Below, one piece after another: positions 48,770 to 57,326 of a stretch of 64,000 nucleotides of DNA. Both the position numbers and the translations under genes were made by a program. This DNA comes from a virus. Lineage: Duplodnaviria > Caudoviricetes. Location of the stretch: the IMG/VR virus record IMGVR_UViG_3300037067_007633, positions 64,001 to 128,000 of that record; one strand, 5' to 3'. The notes beneath the pieces are model-generated. The model was not told where the DNA came from and searched no databases. It was given only the letters and a program-made list of their open reading frames with translations. Each line of letters begins with the position of its first letter. Position 1 is the first letter of the stretch.

Positions 48770-50429
48770 AACGAATAATAGGTTTAACTTCCTCTTGTAT
48801 TAACCCACATCTTCTTTTTTCCCAATAATTAATTTTTTGTCGCATATCGTATAAGTGATTAAACAAGTCCTTCGGACTAAATGGTCTATAACGCGGCTGA
48901 GAGCCTAACATAGAATCTTCGTTAATGTAGTTGCCACCATGCACTATTTGAGAAGCCCCATAATTTAAGTCACGAATTAAACGTAGGGCAAAATAAGAAT
49001 TAAGTTTTTCCGGTTGTCCTAATATGTTTATAATTGCCCATTCAACCAGTTTACTTGGTGGAAGATTTTGTGGTGGTTCTGTTACGGGATTAAAAATTTG
49101 AGGGGGAATATTCCATAAGTTTTTGTGTTGTGTTTTGTCAAAATATTTCATCCAACTATTAACTGTATAATCCCACAAATAATGTTTTTGAACACCAATT
49201 AAAGCTTCTCTTCCCTTTTTAGCTCTAAGGCTTGGTGGAAGATTACAGAATTTTGTTAGCTTATCAGCTAAATCTTTATTGTCCGGATAAGCTCTAAGTG
49301 TTCCTGTTTCTGCTTCTCTAAAAAATCTTTCTACTTTAATAGGGTAACCATTTAAATTTTTTACTATATCAGACATAGCAGAATAATCAACAGACATAAT
49401 TGGAACGCTACAAGCACCAGCTTCTAATTGAGAAATTCCGCAGGCTTCGCAAATTGCGTATTGTACGTAAACATCCATCAAATTATATATTTCACATAGT
49501 ACGTTTTCAGAAACTCCGTTTTGTGTACTTGGAAATCCAGCCGATAACTTTTTACATTTAGGACATAGTGTTTTACTATCTCTAAAAAAGTTAACATGAA
49601 CGTGTTTACATTCAGAACATATATATGTTAGTAAAATATTATTTGCTATACCAGACTCTTTAATTAGCCGAGGAATGTTCCAGCCCATGTCTGGATATGA
49701 AGTGTGTAAATAGAGAAAACATTTATGTCTAATATTAGGATTTTGATCTAAAAATAACTTAAAGGCTTGAATTAGGTCTGGAAATAGTTTGCGTTTTTGA
49801 TTACGCATAACTGTTCCAACTATAATAACATCACTTGGTAAATTATATTTCTTCCTTAATTCAATCTTGTTATTAATAGGGAAGAAAACCTTGTTATTTA
49901 CACACGGGGAAGCAAGACCTTGAAAATTAATTTTATTTTCAGATTGTTTTCGTAATGTATCTTCACAAAATTGCGAATAACATAATATTCCATCGCAACC
50001 CATATACATATCAATCCAACTACTTTGTTGTGGGGCACTATCTACGGTAGGCATTAGAAGTAAATTAAAATATTTACGTAAATGAGATTCTGGCTCAAAC
50101 GTCATCCATGCATCTCTTATATCACAAACAATATCAGGTTTCCAGTCTAATACAACTTCCTCGAACCGCCACGCCCCAAATTGGTTAATCGGATTACTGC
50201 CATATTCTTTTTCTTCAGCTTCATTAGTGGGAAAATTAGAATAAATAGTCCATGGAAATTGTTGAATTGCCGGATTATCGAATTTGTTATAACAAGCCAA
50301 TTCTGCTATATGATATTTACCCGTACTATGTAGTCTACTTAATAATTCTCTACCATAAAGGGAATATCCAGTAAAAAGGTTTGAGGATTCATTAACAAAT
50401 AATAATCTCTTTTTATTCTCTGGCATCAA
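48747..50429 (-). CDS. GT4 glycosyltransferase with inserted zinc ribbon
   Basis: MRNQKRK, LYLHTSYPD, CSEC...CPKC, EACGISQLEAGAC. Confidence 0.85.
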   Translation of the reverse strand: MMPENKKRLLFVNESSNLFTGYSLYGRELLSRLHSTGKYHIAELACYNKFDNPAIQQFPWTIYSNFPTNEAEEKEYGSNPINQFGAWRFEEVVLDWKPDIVCDIRDAWMTFEPESHLRKYFNLLLMPTVDSAPQQSSWIDMYMGCDGILCYSQFCEDTLRKQSENKINFQGLASPCVNNKVFFPINNKIELRKKYNLPSDVIIVGTVMRNQKRKLFPDLIQAFKLFLDQNPNIRHKCFLYLHTSYPDMGWNIPRLIKESGIANNILLTYICSECKHVHVNFFRDSKTLCPKCKKLSAGFPSTQNGVSENVLCEIYNLMDVYVQYAICEACGISQLEAGACSVPIMSVDYSAMSDIVKNLNGYPIKVERFFREAETGTLRAYPDNKDLADKLTKFCNLPPSLRAKKGREALIGVQKHYLWDYTVNSWMKYFDKTQHKNLWNIPPQIFNPVTEPPQNLPPSKLVEWAIINILGQPEKLNSYFALRLIRDLNYGASQIVHGGNYINEDSMLGSQPRYRPFSPKDLFNHLYDMRQKINYWEKRRCGLIQEEVKPIIRFAKREEF

Positions 50430-50629
50430 TCACAATCTCCCCATTTAAATTTTTGAAAGCTATTTTTCATTTCTTCATTGCACGGATGACATTTATGACA
50501 ATGCCAATAGTTTGGTTTATATGGAATACCCCATTCTTTAGCTTGTTCTGGTCCCCATACAGTTGGGTAACATCTATATTTATAATGTATCCAACTACAA
50601 AACAACCATTTATATAAAAACTTAAACAC
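50426..50629 (-). CDS. small Cys/His/Trp-rich hypothetical protein
   Basis: Coupled ORF; HCHKCHPC. Confidence 0.5.
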   Translation of the reverse strand: MFKFLYKWLFCSWIHYKYRCYPTVWGPEQAKEWGIPYKPNYWHCHKCHPCNEEMKNSFQKFKWGDCD

Positions 50630-50633
50630 TCTA

Positions 50634-51404
50634 TTATAATTCCTTTATATTTACACGTTCTTGAATCCTATTATTTATTATATCAAAATATTCTTGTTCT
50701 TTTTCTATTAAAATATAATTGCGTTTTGTATTTATACATGCAATTGCTGTTGTTCCAGAACCAGCACAATTATCTAAAACTATGTCGTTTTCTTTTGTAT
50801 ATGTTTTTATCAAGTATTCAAATAAATCAACAGGTTTTTGATTTGGGTGATTTAATTTTTCTTTACTGCGATTAAAAACTGTTTTAAATGTTAATACATT
50901 GTTTGGATATTTTAATTTTTGATCTTCTCTATTAGGTGTTTTATTCCATTTCCTATTATCAATTTCTGTACATGTTGTATAAACTGATTTTTTTGAAAAT
51001 CTTTTTAATTCTTCTTCTGTTCGTTCTGTCATTATTGGATAATATTGTGGAGTATTTTTATAAAATACACTAATAGTTTCTATAGATCTTAATGGTTGTT
51101 TTTTAGCTAACATTGTCCCGCTTGGTCTATTTTTATACCAATAAAAATCGTACTTGTAATTTTTGTTACTCAATCTTAAATAACTACTAAATTTTTCACT
51201 TCCAAATAATAAAATTACTGCGTTATTTTTACAAATTCTATTGTATTGTTTCCATAATTTATCTAATGGTATAATAATATCCCATTCGCATGACGTTATA
51301 CCATAAGGTAAATCACATAATATTAAATCTATAGACTTATCGTCTATATCTTTCATTACCTCTAGACAATCTCCTTTATAGACATTGTTAATAAGAAGTG
51401 TCAT
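50634..51404 (-). CDS. beta-class N6A/N4C DNA methyltransferase
   Basis: GDCLE, CDLPYG, HPNQKP, VLDNCAGSGTT. Confidence 0.92.
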   Translation of the reverse strand: MTLLINNVYKGDCLEVMKDIDDKSIDLILCDLPYGITSCEWDIIIPLDKLWKQYNRICKNNAVILLFGSEKFSSYLRLSNKNYKYDFYWYKNRPSGTMLAKKQPLRSIETISVFYKNTPQYYPIMTERTEEELKRFSKKSVYTTCTEIDNRKWNKTPNREDQKLKYPNNVLTFKTVFNRSKEKLNHPNQKPVDLFEYLIKTYTKENDIVLDNCAGSGTTAIACINTKRNYILIEKEQEYFDIINNRIQERVNIKEL

Positions 51405-51739
51405 GATGGAAACTCAAACTTTTCAACACGAAAACGTATAAGATTAAATTTACGCCCAGTTTCAACGTCTTCATAAAATTCATTGCGTGCCGACGCATTA
51501 GTAATAATAATGGTGTCGTTTTTACGAAAGTTATTAGCTACTACTTCTGCCGCAGTATCCCAAACTTCAAAATCTAAAAAGTTGGTCTGTGTTCCAGATT
51601 CACCAGAATTTTTCTTAAATTTTCGGGAAATTGCTAGACGAAAATTAACAACACTTGTTTCTGGTTCGCCATCAACACGCGGAACCTTCTTTAATTCTGG
51701 ATCGTGTACAAATTTTCCAATAAAATGGCATGTATTCAT
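51401..51739 (-). CDS. ssb: single-stranded DNA-binding protein
   Basis: MN...IG....DPELK, NFRLAISR, FLDFEVWDTAAE; lacks an acidic tail. Confidence 0.85.
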   Translation of the reverse strand: MNTCHFIGKFVHDPELKKVPRVDGEPETSVVNFRLAISRKFKKNSGESGTQTNFLDFEVWDTAAEVVANNFRKNDTIIITNASARNEFYEDVETGRKFNLIRFRVEKFEFPS

Positions 51740-51747
51740 AATTTTTG

Positions 51748-52245
51748 TTATTCCTTAAAAGTGTAAGTTTGAAAACATAAGTCGAACATCTCATAAACAC
51801 CCTTTTCTTTAGCTTGTTTTTTTAATTTTTTCAAATCTATATTATTATCTTTTAAATATTCGTGGATTAAAAATTCTAAAGATTCTTTTTTGCCTCCTTC
51901 TTCTTTTGTTAATTGTGTTAATTTAGCAACTTGCTCAAAAAACGTATCAAAATCAACATCTTTGTTTTTATACATCCACACAATAAAATTTGGATTATAA
52001 TATCTTATAAGACATTGTTTCATTATATATAGAAACAAAAATTCTTTTATAGCATAATTTTCTACAAAATACTCAATATCATTTATAATAACTTTTGAAT
52101 TATAAATAGTGATTTTGATTGTTGTTTGTTGTAATTTTGGATATTCTAATTTCTCTGGTAGTTGTAATTCTACAGTATTGTGTTTTATTGTTGCTATAAT
52201 TAAATATTCGTGCTCAATCAATAATTTTTTTATATTTGAAAACAT
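51748..52245 (-). CDS. hypothetical protein
   Basis: 165-aa ORF overlapping the dnaE C-part stop. Confidence 0.55.
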   Translation of the reverse strand: MFSNIKKLLIEHEYLIIATIKHNTVELQLPEKLEYPKLQQTTIKITIYNSKVIINDIEYFVENYAIKEFLFLYIMKQCLIRYYNPNFIVWMYKNKDVDFDTFFEQVAKLTQLTKEEGGKKESLEFLIHEYLKDNNIDLKKLKKQAKEKGVYEMFDLCFQTYTFKE

Positions 52246-53828
52246 TGTTTAATGATATATCCTTGTCTTCCTCTTGCTTTTTCTAATTGAATTAACGCCG
52301 TGTTTCCTGGATATAAAATAGCCTTCATTTCAACCCATTGGTTTGGAAAACATATAATATTCTCTATTGCTGATGTTCCGTCTGATATTACTAAAAACGC
52401 CATTTTTTGTCCATTTTTTGTTGTTATTTCTCTGGCGGCAAAAATCTCCACAGCAACTACAATATATCCACTTTTCCCATCCACTACTTCTTTACATGTA
52501 CAAGTAGCTGATATTGAATTATTGCACCCATCAACTTTACTGCATGATATTGGGGCTCCTAAATATTCTTTCTCTGTCCACGAAATCCAATCTGGAGTAT
52601 CATTTAGTAAATGTGGGGGGTTGTTAAGTGAAGAGACAAAAGACAACAGTTTCTCTTTACGCTTTATTATACAACCATTTTCAGAACAGTCAAGTATAGA
52701 ATCTTTTAAATTTTTATCTTTGTGTTCTTGAATATATTTTTTCTCTTTTGGTGTTAATTTATTCCAAATATCAAACTCAAAGAGCATGATATTACGATTT
52801 AACAAGAAATAATCTAAAGCCCCAGATGAAATAAATGCGGTGTTTGGTCTAGACCCAATATTATCACTAAAGAATATTAAATAATCTAGCCATACCCAAT
52901 CCTTTATTTTCTTCCCTATTAATATTTCCGCTTTAATTCGTGCTTCTATTATTTTATTTAAAGAAGATTCTCCAACATTTTTAAGATTTGAAATTCCAAA
53001 TCTAATATATTTATTATCAACTATATGAATATTAAGTTTTTCAGATCTAAAATCTGGAACCATAACACTAATATCTTGTTGTTTAGCGTCTGTTACTAAT
53101 TCAAATATTTCCTCGTGTGGTTTTTGTTTGGATTTGGCAAATTGTAAATAGGAACAGTAAAATTGTAGGGGAAAATGGGCTTTACAATAGGCGGAATAAT
53201 AGGCGTCGATTGCATAACAAACGGCGTGACTTTTATTGAAGCTGTAACGCTGACTTTCTTGTATCCATCCAAATATTTCTTCAGCTTTTTTATCATCAAC
53301 AATTCCTGTCTTTTTACATCCTTCTAAAAATTCAATCTTAACTTTTGCCATTACTTCTGGTAGCTTTTTTCCAATAGCTTTTCTGAGTGAATCCCCCTGT
53401 TCGAGGGAGAAGCCGGCAATCTCTTTAGCAATTAAAATGGCGTTCTCTTGATACACCATGATCTGATATGTATCTTTAAGAATAACATCTAAAGATGGAT
53501 GTAAAGATTCAACTTTTTCAATACCATTTTTTCTATCACAATATCTAGCAGTCATGCTTTTAGGTGGACTACCAGAGAGGGATTTCAAACACCCCGGACG
53601 GAGGATACTAACTAAAGCTGCTAGGTGTTCTATGTTCTCTGGCTTCAACTTATTTGCCCACACTTTTCCTAATGGACTTTCAAGTTGGAAAACTCCCTTT
53701 GTTCTTCCGCTTGATAATAAATCCCATGTCTTTTTACATGTAAGTGGAATATTATCAAAATCCAATAGAATATGACCCTTTTCATCTAATTGAAATTCAC
53801 AACCACAATCTAATAACTTTGTTGTCAT
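52230..53828 (-). CDS. dnaE: DNA polymerase III alpha subunit, C-terminal part (fingers/HhH/OB)
   Basis: TKGVFQLES, RPG, VYQE, LRKAIGKK, YSFNKSHAVCY, IRFGISNLKNVG, TKNGQKMAFL. Confidence 0.92.
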   Translation of the reverse strand: MTTKLLDCGCEFQLDEKGHILLDFDNIPLTCKKTWDLLSSGRTKGVFQLESPLGKVWANKLKPENIEHLAALVSILRPGCLKSLSGSPPKSMTARYCDRKNGIEKVESLHPSLDVILKDTYQIMVYQENAILIAKEIAGFSLEQGDSLRKAIGKKLPEVMAKVKIEFLEGCKKTGIVDDKKAEEIFGWIQESQRYSFNKSHAVCYAIDAYYSAYCKAHFPLQFYCSYLQFAKSKQKPHEEIFELVTDAKQQDISVMVPDFRSEKLNIHIVDNKYIRFGISNLKNVGESSLNKIIEARIKAEILIGKKIKDWVWLDYLIFFSDNIGSRPNTAFISSGALDYFLLNRNIMLFEFDIWNKLTPKEKKYIQEHKDKNLKDSILDCSENGCIIKRKEKLLSFVSSLNNPPHLLNDTPDWISWTEKEYLGAPISCSKVDGCNNSISATCTCKEVVDGKSGYIVVAVEIFAAREITTKNGQKMAFLVISDGTSAIENIICFPNQWVEMKAILYPGNTALIQLEKARGRQGYIIKQCFQI

Positions 53829-54094
53829 ATTATTTTAGTCAATTCAATTAAACATTGTTTGCATATATGTGTTCCAGTTTCATCATTTAGAAGCAAACAC
53901 GGTTTTATTATATTTTTAAAAAATTCTTGATAAATTCTACTATATTCCTTATATTTTTCTTCTGTATAATCACCGACCCAATCGTTTTTGGTATAAATAT
54001 GAGAAACAAGTTTGTTGAATTCTTTAGTGTATTTTGGATCATAACAAAAATCACAAATATCGTCTTCTACAATCAAATCATTTTTTATATTCAT
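53825..54094 (-). CDS. zinc-binding hypothetical protein
   Basis: CDFC...HICKQC. Confidence 0.55.
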   Translation of the reverse strand: MNIKNDLIVEDDICDFCYDPKYTKEFNKLVSHIYTKNDWVGDYTEEKYKEYSRIYQEFFKNIIKPCLLLNDETGTHICKQCLIELTKII

Positions 54095-54318
54095 ATTTTC
54101 AAATATCCTAAATTAATAAGGATTTTAATTCCAGTAGGAGTTATAAAATTCCATCCATTTACTTGTTTGACATATCGACATTTTACCAAATTGTTTCTTG
54201 CGGACTTTGAGATTAAATTTCCATCCCATGTGACTTTAGTTAATTGTATTAATTGTTCTATGTTATTTTTTAATATATATTCTGCTACTATTTGGTTTGC
54301 TAACTTTTTATTATCCAT
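54091..54318 (-). CDS. hypothetical protein, possible winged helix
   Basis: LVKCRYV...FITPTG pattern. Confidence 0.5.
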   Translation of the reverse strand: MDNKKLANQIVAEYILKNNIEQLIQLTKVTWDGNLISKSARNNLVKCRYVKQVNGWNFITPTGIKILINLGYLKI

Positions 54319-54322
54319 TATA

Positions 54323-54574
54323 TTATTCCTTCCATTCTAAAGATGTTTTTCCGGTTTTGCTATCTACTACGTAATGCATAACATCATTATTAACCAAAAA
54401 ATTATTAAAACCATGCATATCTGCCATTACAATAAAAAGAAACATTGTACAACACAAAAGAATTAAAGTAATAAATATTGAGAAACGAATTTTGTCATTA
54501 AAATATAAGCTGAGTAATGTTAAGTGAATTAAAAATAGAGACGTAATAGCAATACTCGCACATAACAAAGTCAT
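54323..54574 (-). CDS. small two-TM membrane protein
   Basis: Two hydrophobic helices. Confidence 0.55.
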   Translation of the reverse strand: MTLLCASIAITSLFLIHLTLLSLYFNDKIRFSIFITLILLCCTMFLFIVMADMHGFNNFLVNNDVMHYVVDSKTGKTSLEWKE

Positions 54575-55254
54575 TATTTTTCCTCCTTATTTCGTAGACA
54601 ATTTTTAAATTGTAATCTTGCAGTTCCAGTTTCTTCTCGTGTTTTTGTGAGATACCTTGATGCTGTAAATAGTTTTACTAACATTTGATGACACATTTTA
54701 CAATCAAAAAGTGCATCGTGTGAATTTTCTAGGGTCGCTGTACTCATTCCCATATATTCTAATACTATAGATAATTTTAATTTAGGTAATTCTGGATTAT
54801 TTTCATTCCAATATAACATTAAATAATAAAGATCAAAGAAATTTACTTGATTAAATAATTTTTGTCTACCAGATTTAGCATCCCAAGGTCCAAATCTTTC
54901 ACAGAACCTAGAAATTATAGGTAAATCAAACCCTAAAATATTATATCCAGACATTATTGGAGCAGTATATGTGGAATTACCACGATTATATTTCCCAACC
55001 CAAGCACAAAATTGTTGAAAAACAAGTTTGATATCAGGAGCATTGTCTAATATTTCATGATTAAGTTTATTTACAGCTAACGCTCCAGGTTCAACAGTGT
55101 CCCAATTTTCTGGTTTTATGTAAGAACAAAACCCATCTTTGATTTCTAAAGTTCTAGGATCTAACATTAAACCAGCTATCTGTAAAATTTGTGCTGTTGA
55201 AATGCTAGCACTCGAAGTTTCAATATCCACAATGCAAATATGATTGTAATTCAC
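54574..55254 (-). CDS. DEDDh 3'-5' exonuclease (DnaQ-like)
   Basis: VDIETS, GYNILGFD, SHDALFD. Confidence 0.88.
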   Translation of the reverse strand: MNYNHICIVDIETSSASISTAQILQIAGLMLDPRTLEIKDGFCSYIKPENWDTVEPGALAVNKLNHEILDNAPDIKLVFQQFCAWVGKYNRGNSTYTAPIMSGYNILGFDLPIISRFCERFGPWDAKSGRQKLFNQVNFFDLYYLMLYWNENNPELPKLKLSIVLEYMGMSTATLENSHDALFDCKMCHQMLVKLFTASRYLTKTREETGTARLQFKNCLRNKEEK

Positions 55255-55460
55255 TTTTGATCTCCATTGTTTAATTTATCCATAGCGTCTGCAATTCTAC
55301 GAAGTTGTTCAGAAGTAAAATATCCATCTAAACACGATATAGTTTTGTCTAATGAAAAATATTGTTGTTCTCTAATATCAGATAATTCTTCATTTAATTC
55401 TATATTATTTTCCATTTTGATTTCCTTATTCATAATTGTTAACCAATCTACAAACTTCAT
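55251..55460 (-). CDS. hypothetical protein
   Basis: Short ORF; real start probably ATG 55433. Confidence 0.5.
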   Translation of the reverse strand: MKFVDWLTIMNKEIKMENNIELNEELSDIREQQYFSLDKTISCLDGYFTSEQLRRIADAMDKLNNGDQK

Positions 55461-57311
55461 GTAATTTATCTAGTAATGATATACCAAGTATATCCAATTT
55501 TATTACTCCAAGTGCCTCCAAATCTTTAAATTCCATATCACATATTAAAGATTCGGTTCCCTTATCATAAGCCATAGGACAAAGTTCGTTTAACGGAATG
55601 TGAGAGATAGCTATTCCAGAAGCATGGCGGCTTTTATTACGTCTCGTTCCTTCTAAACGTATTGATTGGGAAAACTTTTTACACAAAGGTCCATCAAGTT
55701 CCCCATCTTCTCTAATAAAACACCATTGTTTTAATTCTTCTTTATGATTTTCTAGTGCCCATTGCACTATCGAGGCATCACCAGTTTCTTCACGCATTTC
55801 TTGTAATTGATCAATTATTTCAGCTTCGTCTGGAATATATTGACTTATTAAGTTCATTTCTTCAAACGATATTCCGCCATGTACCCTTAGCACATCTTTG
55901 ATCGTTGAACGCCCTTGCATTCTACTAAACGTACTAATCTGTGCTACCTTATCTTTTCCAAACTTTTCTTTAATATAAGAAATAATATTATCTCTAAAGT
56001 CTGATTCAAAATCCATATCAATATCAGGTAAAGATATATTATCTTTTGTATTTCTTCCTTTATTGTAAAATCTTGAAAATAGTAAATTGTATTGTAATGG
56101 ATCAGCTTTTGTAATACCAAGCAAATATAGTATTAATGATCCCCCAGCACTTCCACGCCCTACTCCAGTTAATTTATTATTTCTTCTTACATAGTTAATA
56201 ATATCATAAACAATAAGAAAATAATCTTCTAATCCAACCTCTTTTAATATTTGGTATTCCTCATTAAATCTATCAACATATTCTTTAATAGGAATTCCAG
56301 TAGACTCAATTTTACTTTTAAGTTTTTTCCAACCCTCCCTACATAGTTTTCTTAAATACTCAATAGAAGAGGAACCATCGGGGGTAATATATTTGGGTAA
56401 TTGGGGTTGGTTGGTAATGTCATATTCCTCACAAAGTTCGGAAATTTTAACAGTGTTATCTAATTCCTCTTTGGTGTGAATTAGTTGCATTTCTTCGTTA
56501 GAAGGAATATGGTAAGAATCAGATATAAAAAATTGTTTTAACGCAATATCTTCCCCATTTAATTGTTTTTTCTGCAATTCTTGAAAAGTTGTTTGTAAAC
56601 TAGAACATAAAACCACCCTTTGATCTTCCGCATCTTCCCTACGGCAATAATGGGCATCTGGAGTAGCCACAAGTGGTATATTATATTTCCTCCCAATTCC
56701 CCTCATTATTTCCGCTATCTGTTTTGCTTTTGGATTCTTATCTTGGTCAATTAATTGGACTTCAAGGAAAAAGTTTTCCTTTCCAAATGTGTCCCACAAA
56801 TCATTAATAAGAGATAGGCAATTAAGTTCGTAAGCATCCTTTAAAGTGTCATCATCGTTGAAAATCCTGGAAGTAAATAGGGAACCTAAATGTCCGCAAA
56901 TAGCTATGATATTTCCCCTATTAATTTTCGCTATTTCCACTAGATTTAATCTTGGCTTATAATAGAAGTTTTCCGGCTTATTTGACGTGCTAACAATCTT
57001 TATTAAATCTTTCCAACCCTCTTTATTCTTCGCAAGAAGAACAATGTGTTGAAGTTTACGTTGTTGTTTTAACTTAGGATCTTCCTCACAACAATACGCT
57101 TCAATTCCCAAGATGGGTTTTATCTTAGCTTTTTTCATTTCCTTGAAGAAACTTACAGCACCAGAAATATTTCCATGGTCTGTTATGGCACACGAGGTCA
57201 TTCCTAATTCTTTACAGCGTTTTGCAATATCTTTAGGTTTAGATATGCCATCCAACAAACTATAGGTAGTCCACACCACCCTTAAGTATGGACGTGAGTG
57301 GGTATATACAA
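55426..57311 (-). CDS. dnaE: DNA polymerase III alpha subunit, N-terminal part (PHP plus palm); inferred 622 aa across a 17-nt gap at 57268-57284
   Basis: YSLLDG, TDHG, GIE, DAHY, GRGSAGGS, PDIDMD, RHASG, KLDILG; the missing MYIPTHVHT is encoded from TTG 57311 in another frame. Confidence 0.9.
57268..57293 (-). other. candidate translational bypass element (17-nt coding gap plus hairpin)
   Basis: Minus strand GTC CAT ACT | TAA GGGTGGTGTGG ACT | ACC TAT AGT; matched ACT codons; stem GUCCAUAC/GUGUGGAC. Confidence 0.7.
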
Positions 57312-57313
57312 TG

Positions 57314-57326
57314 ATTTATTCTCTAC
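57314..57326. repeat. 13-bp direct repeat, copy 1 (ATTTATTCTCTAC)
   Basis: Exact match to 58442-58454. Confidence 0.9.

Noticed and set aside
53800-55500. Split intein joining the DnaE halves
   Set aside because: No Cys/Ser-initiated intein N-block after KLDILG and no His-Asn-Cys/Ser junction at the start of the C-part.
57277-57279. ORF-track start of dnaE at GTG (MVWTTYS...)
   Set aside because: It would drop the H-x-H metal ligands, which are encoded just upstream in another frame; the SD-like run overlaps this GTG rather than preceding it at usable spacing. Disfavoured, not excluded.
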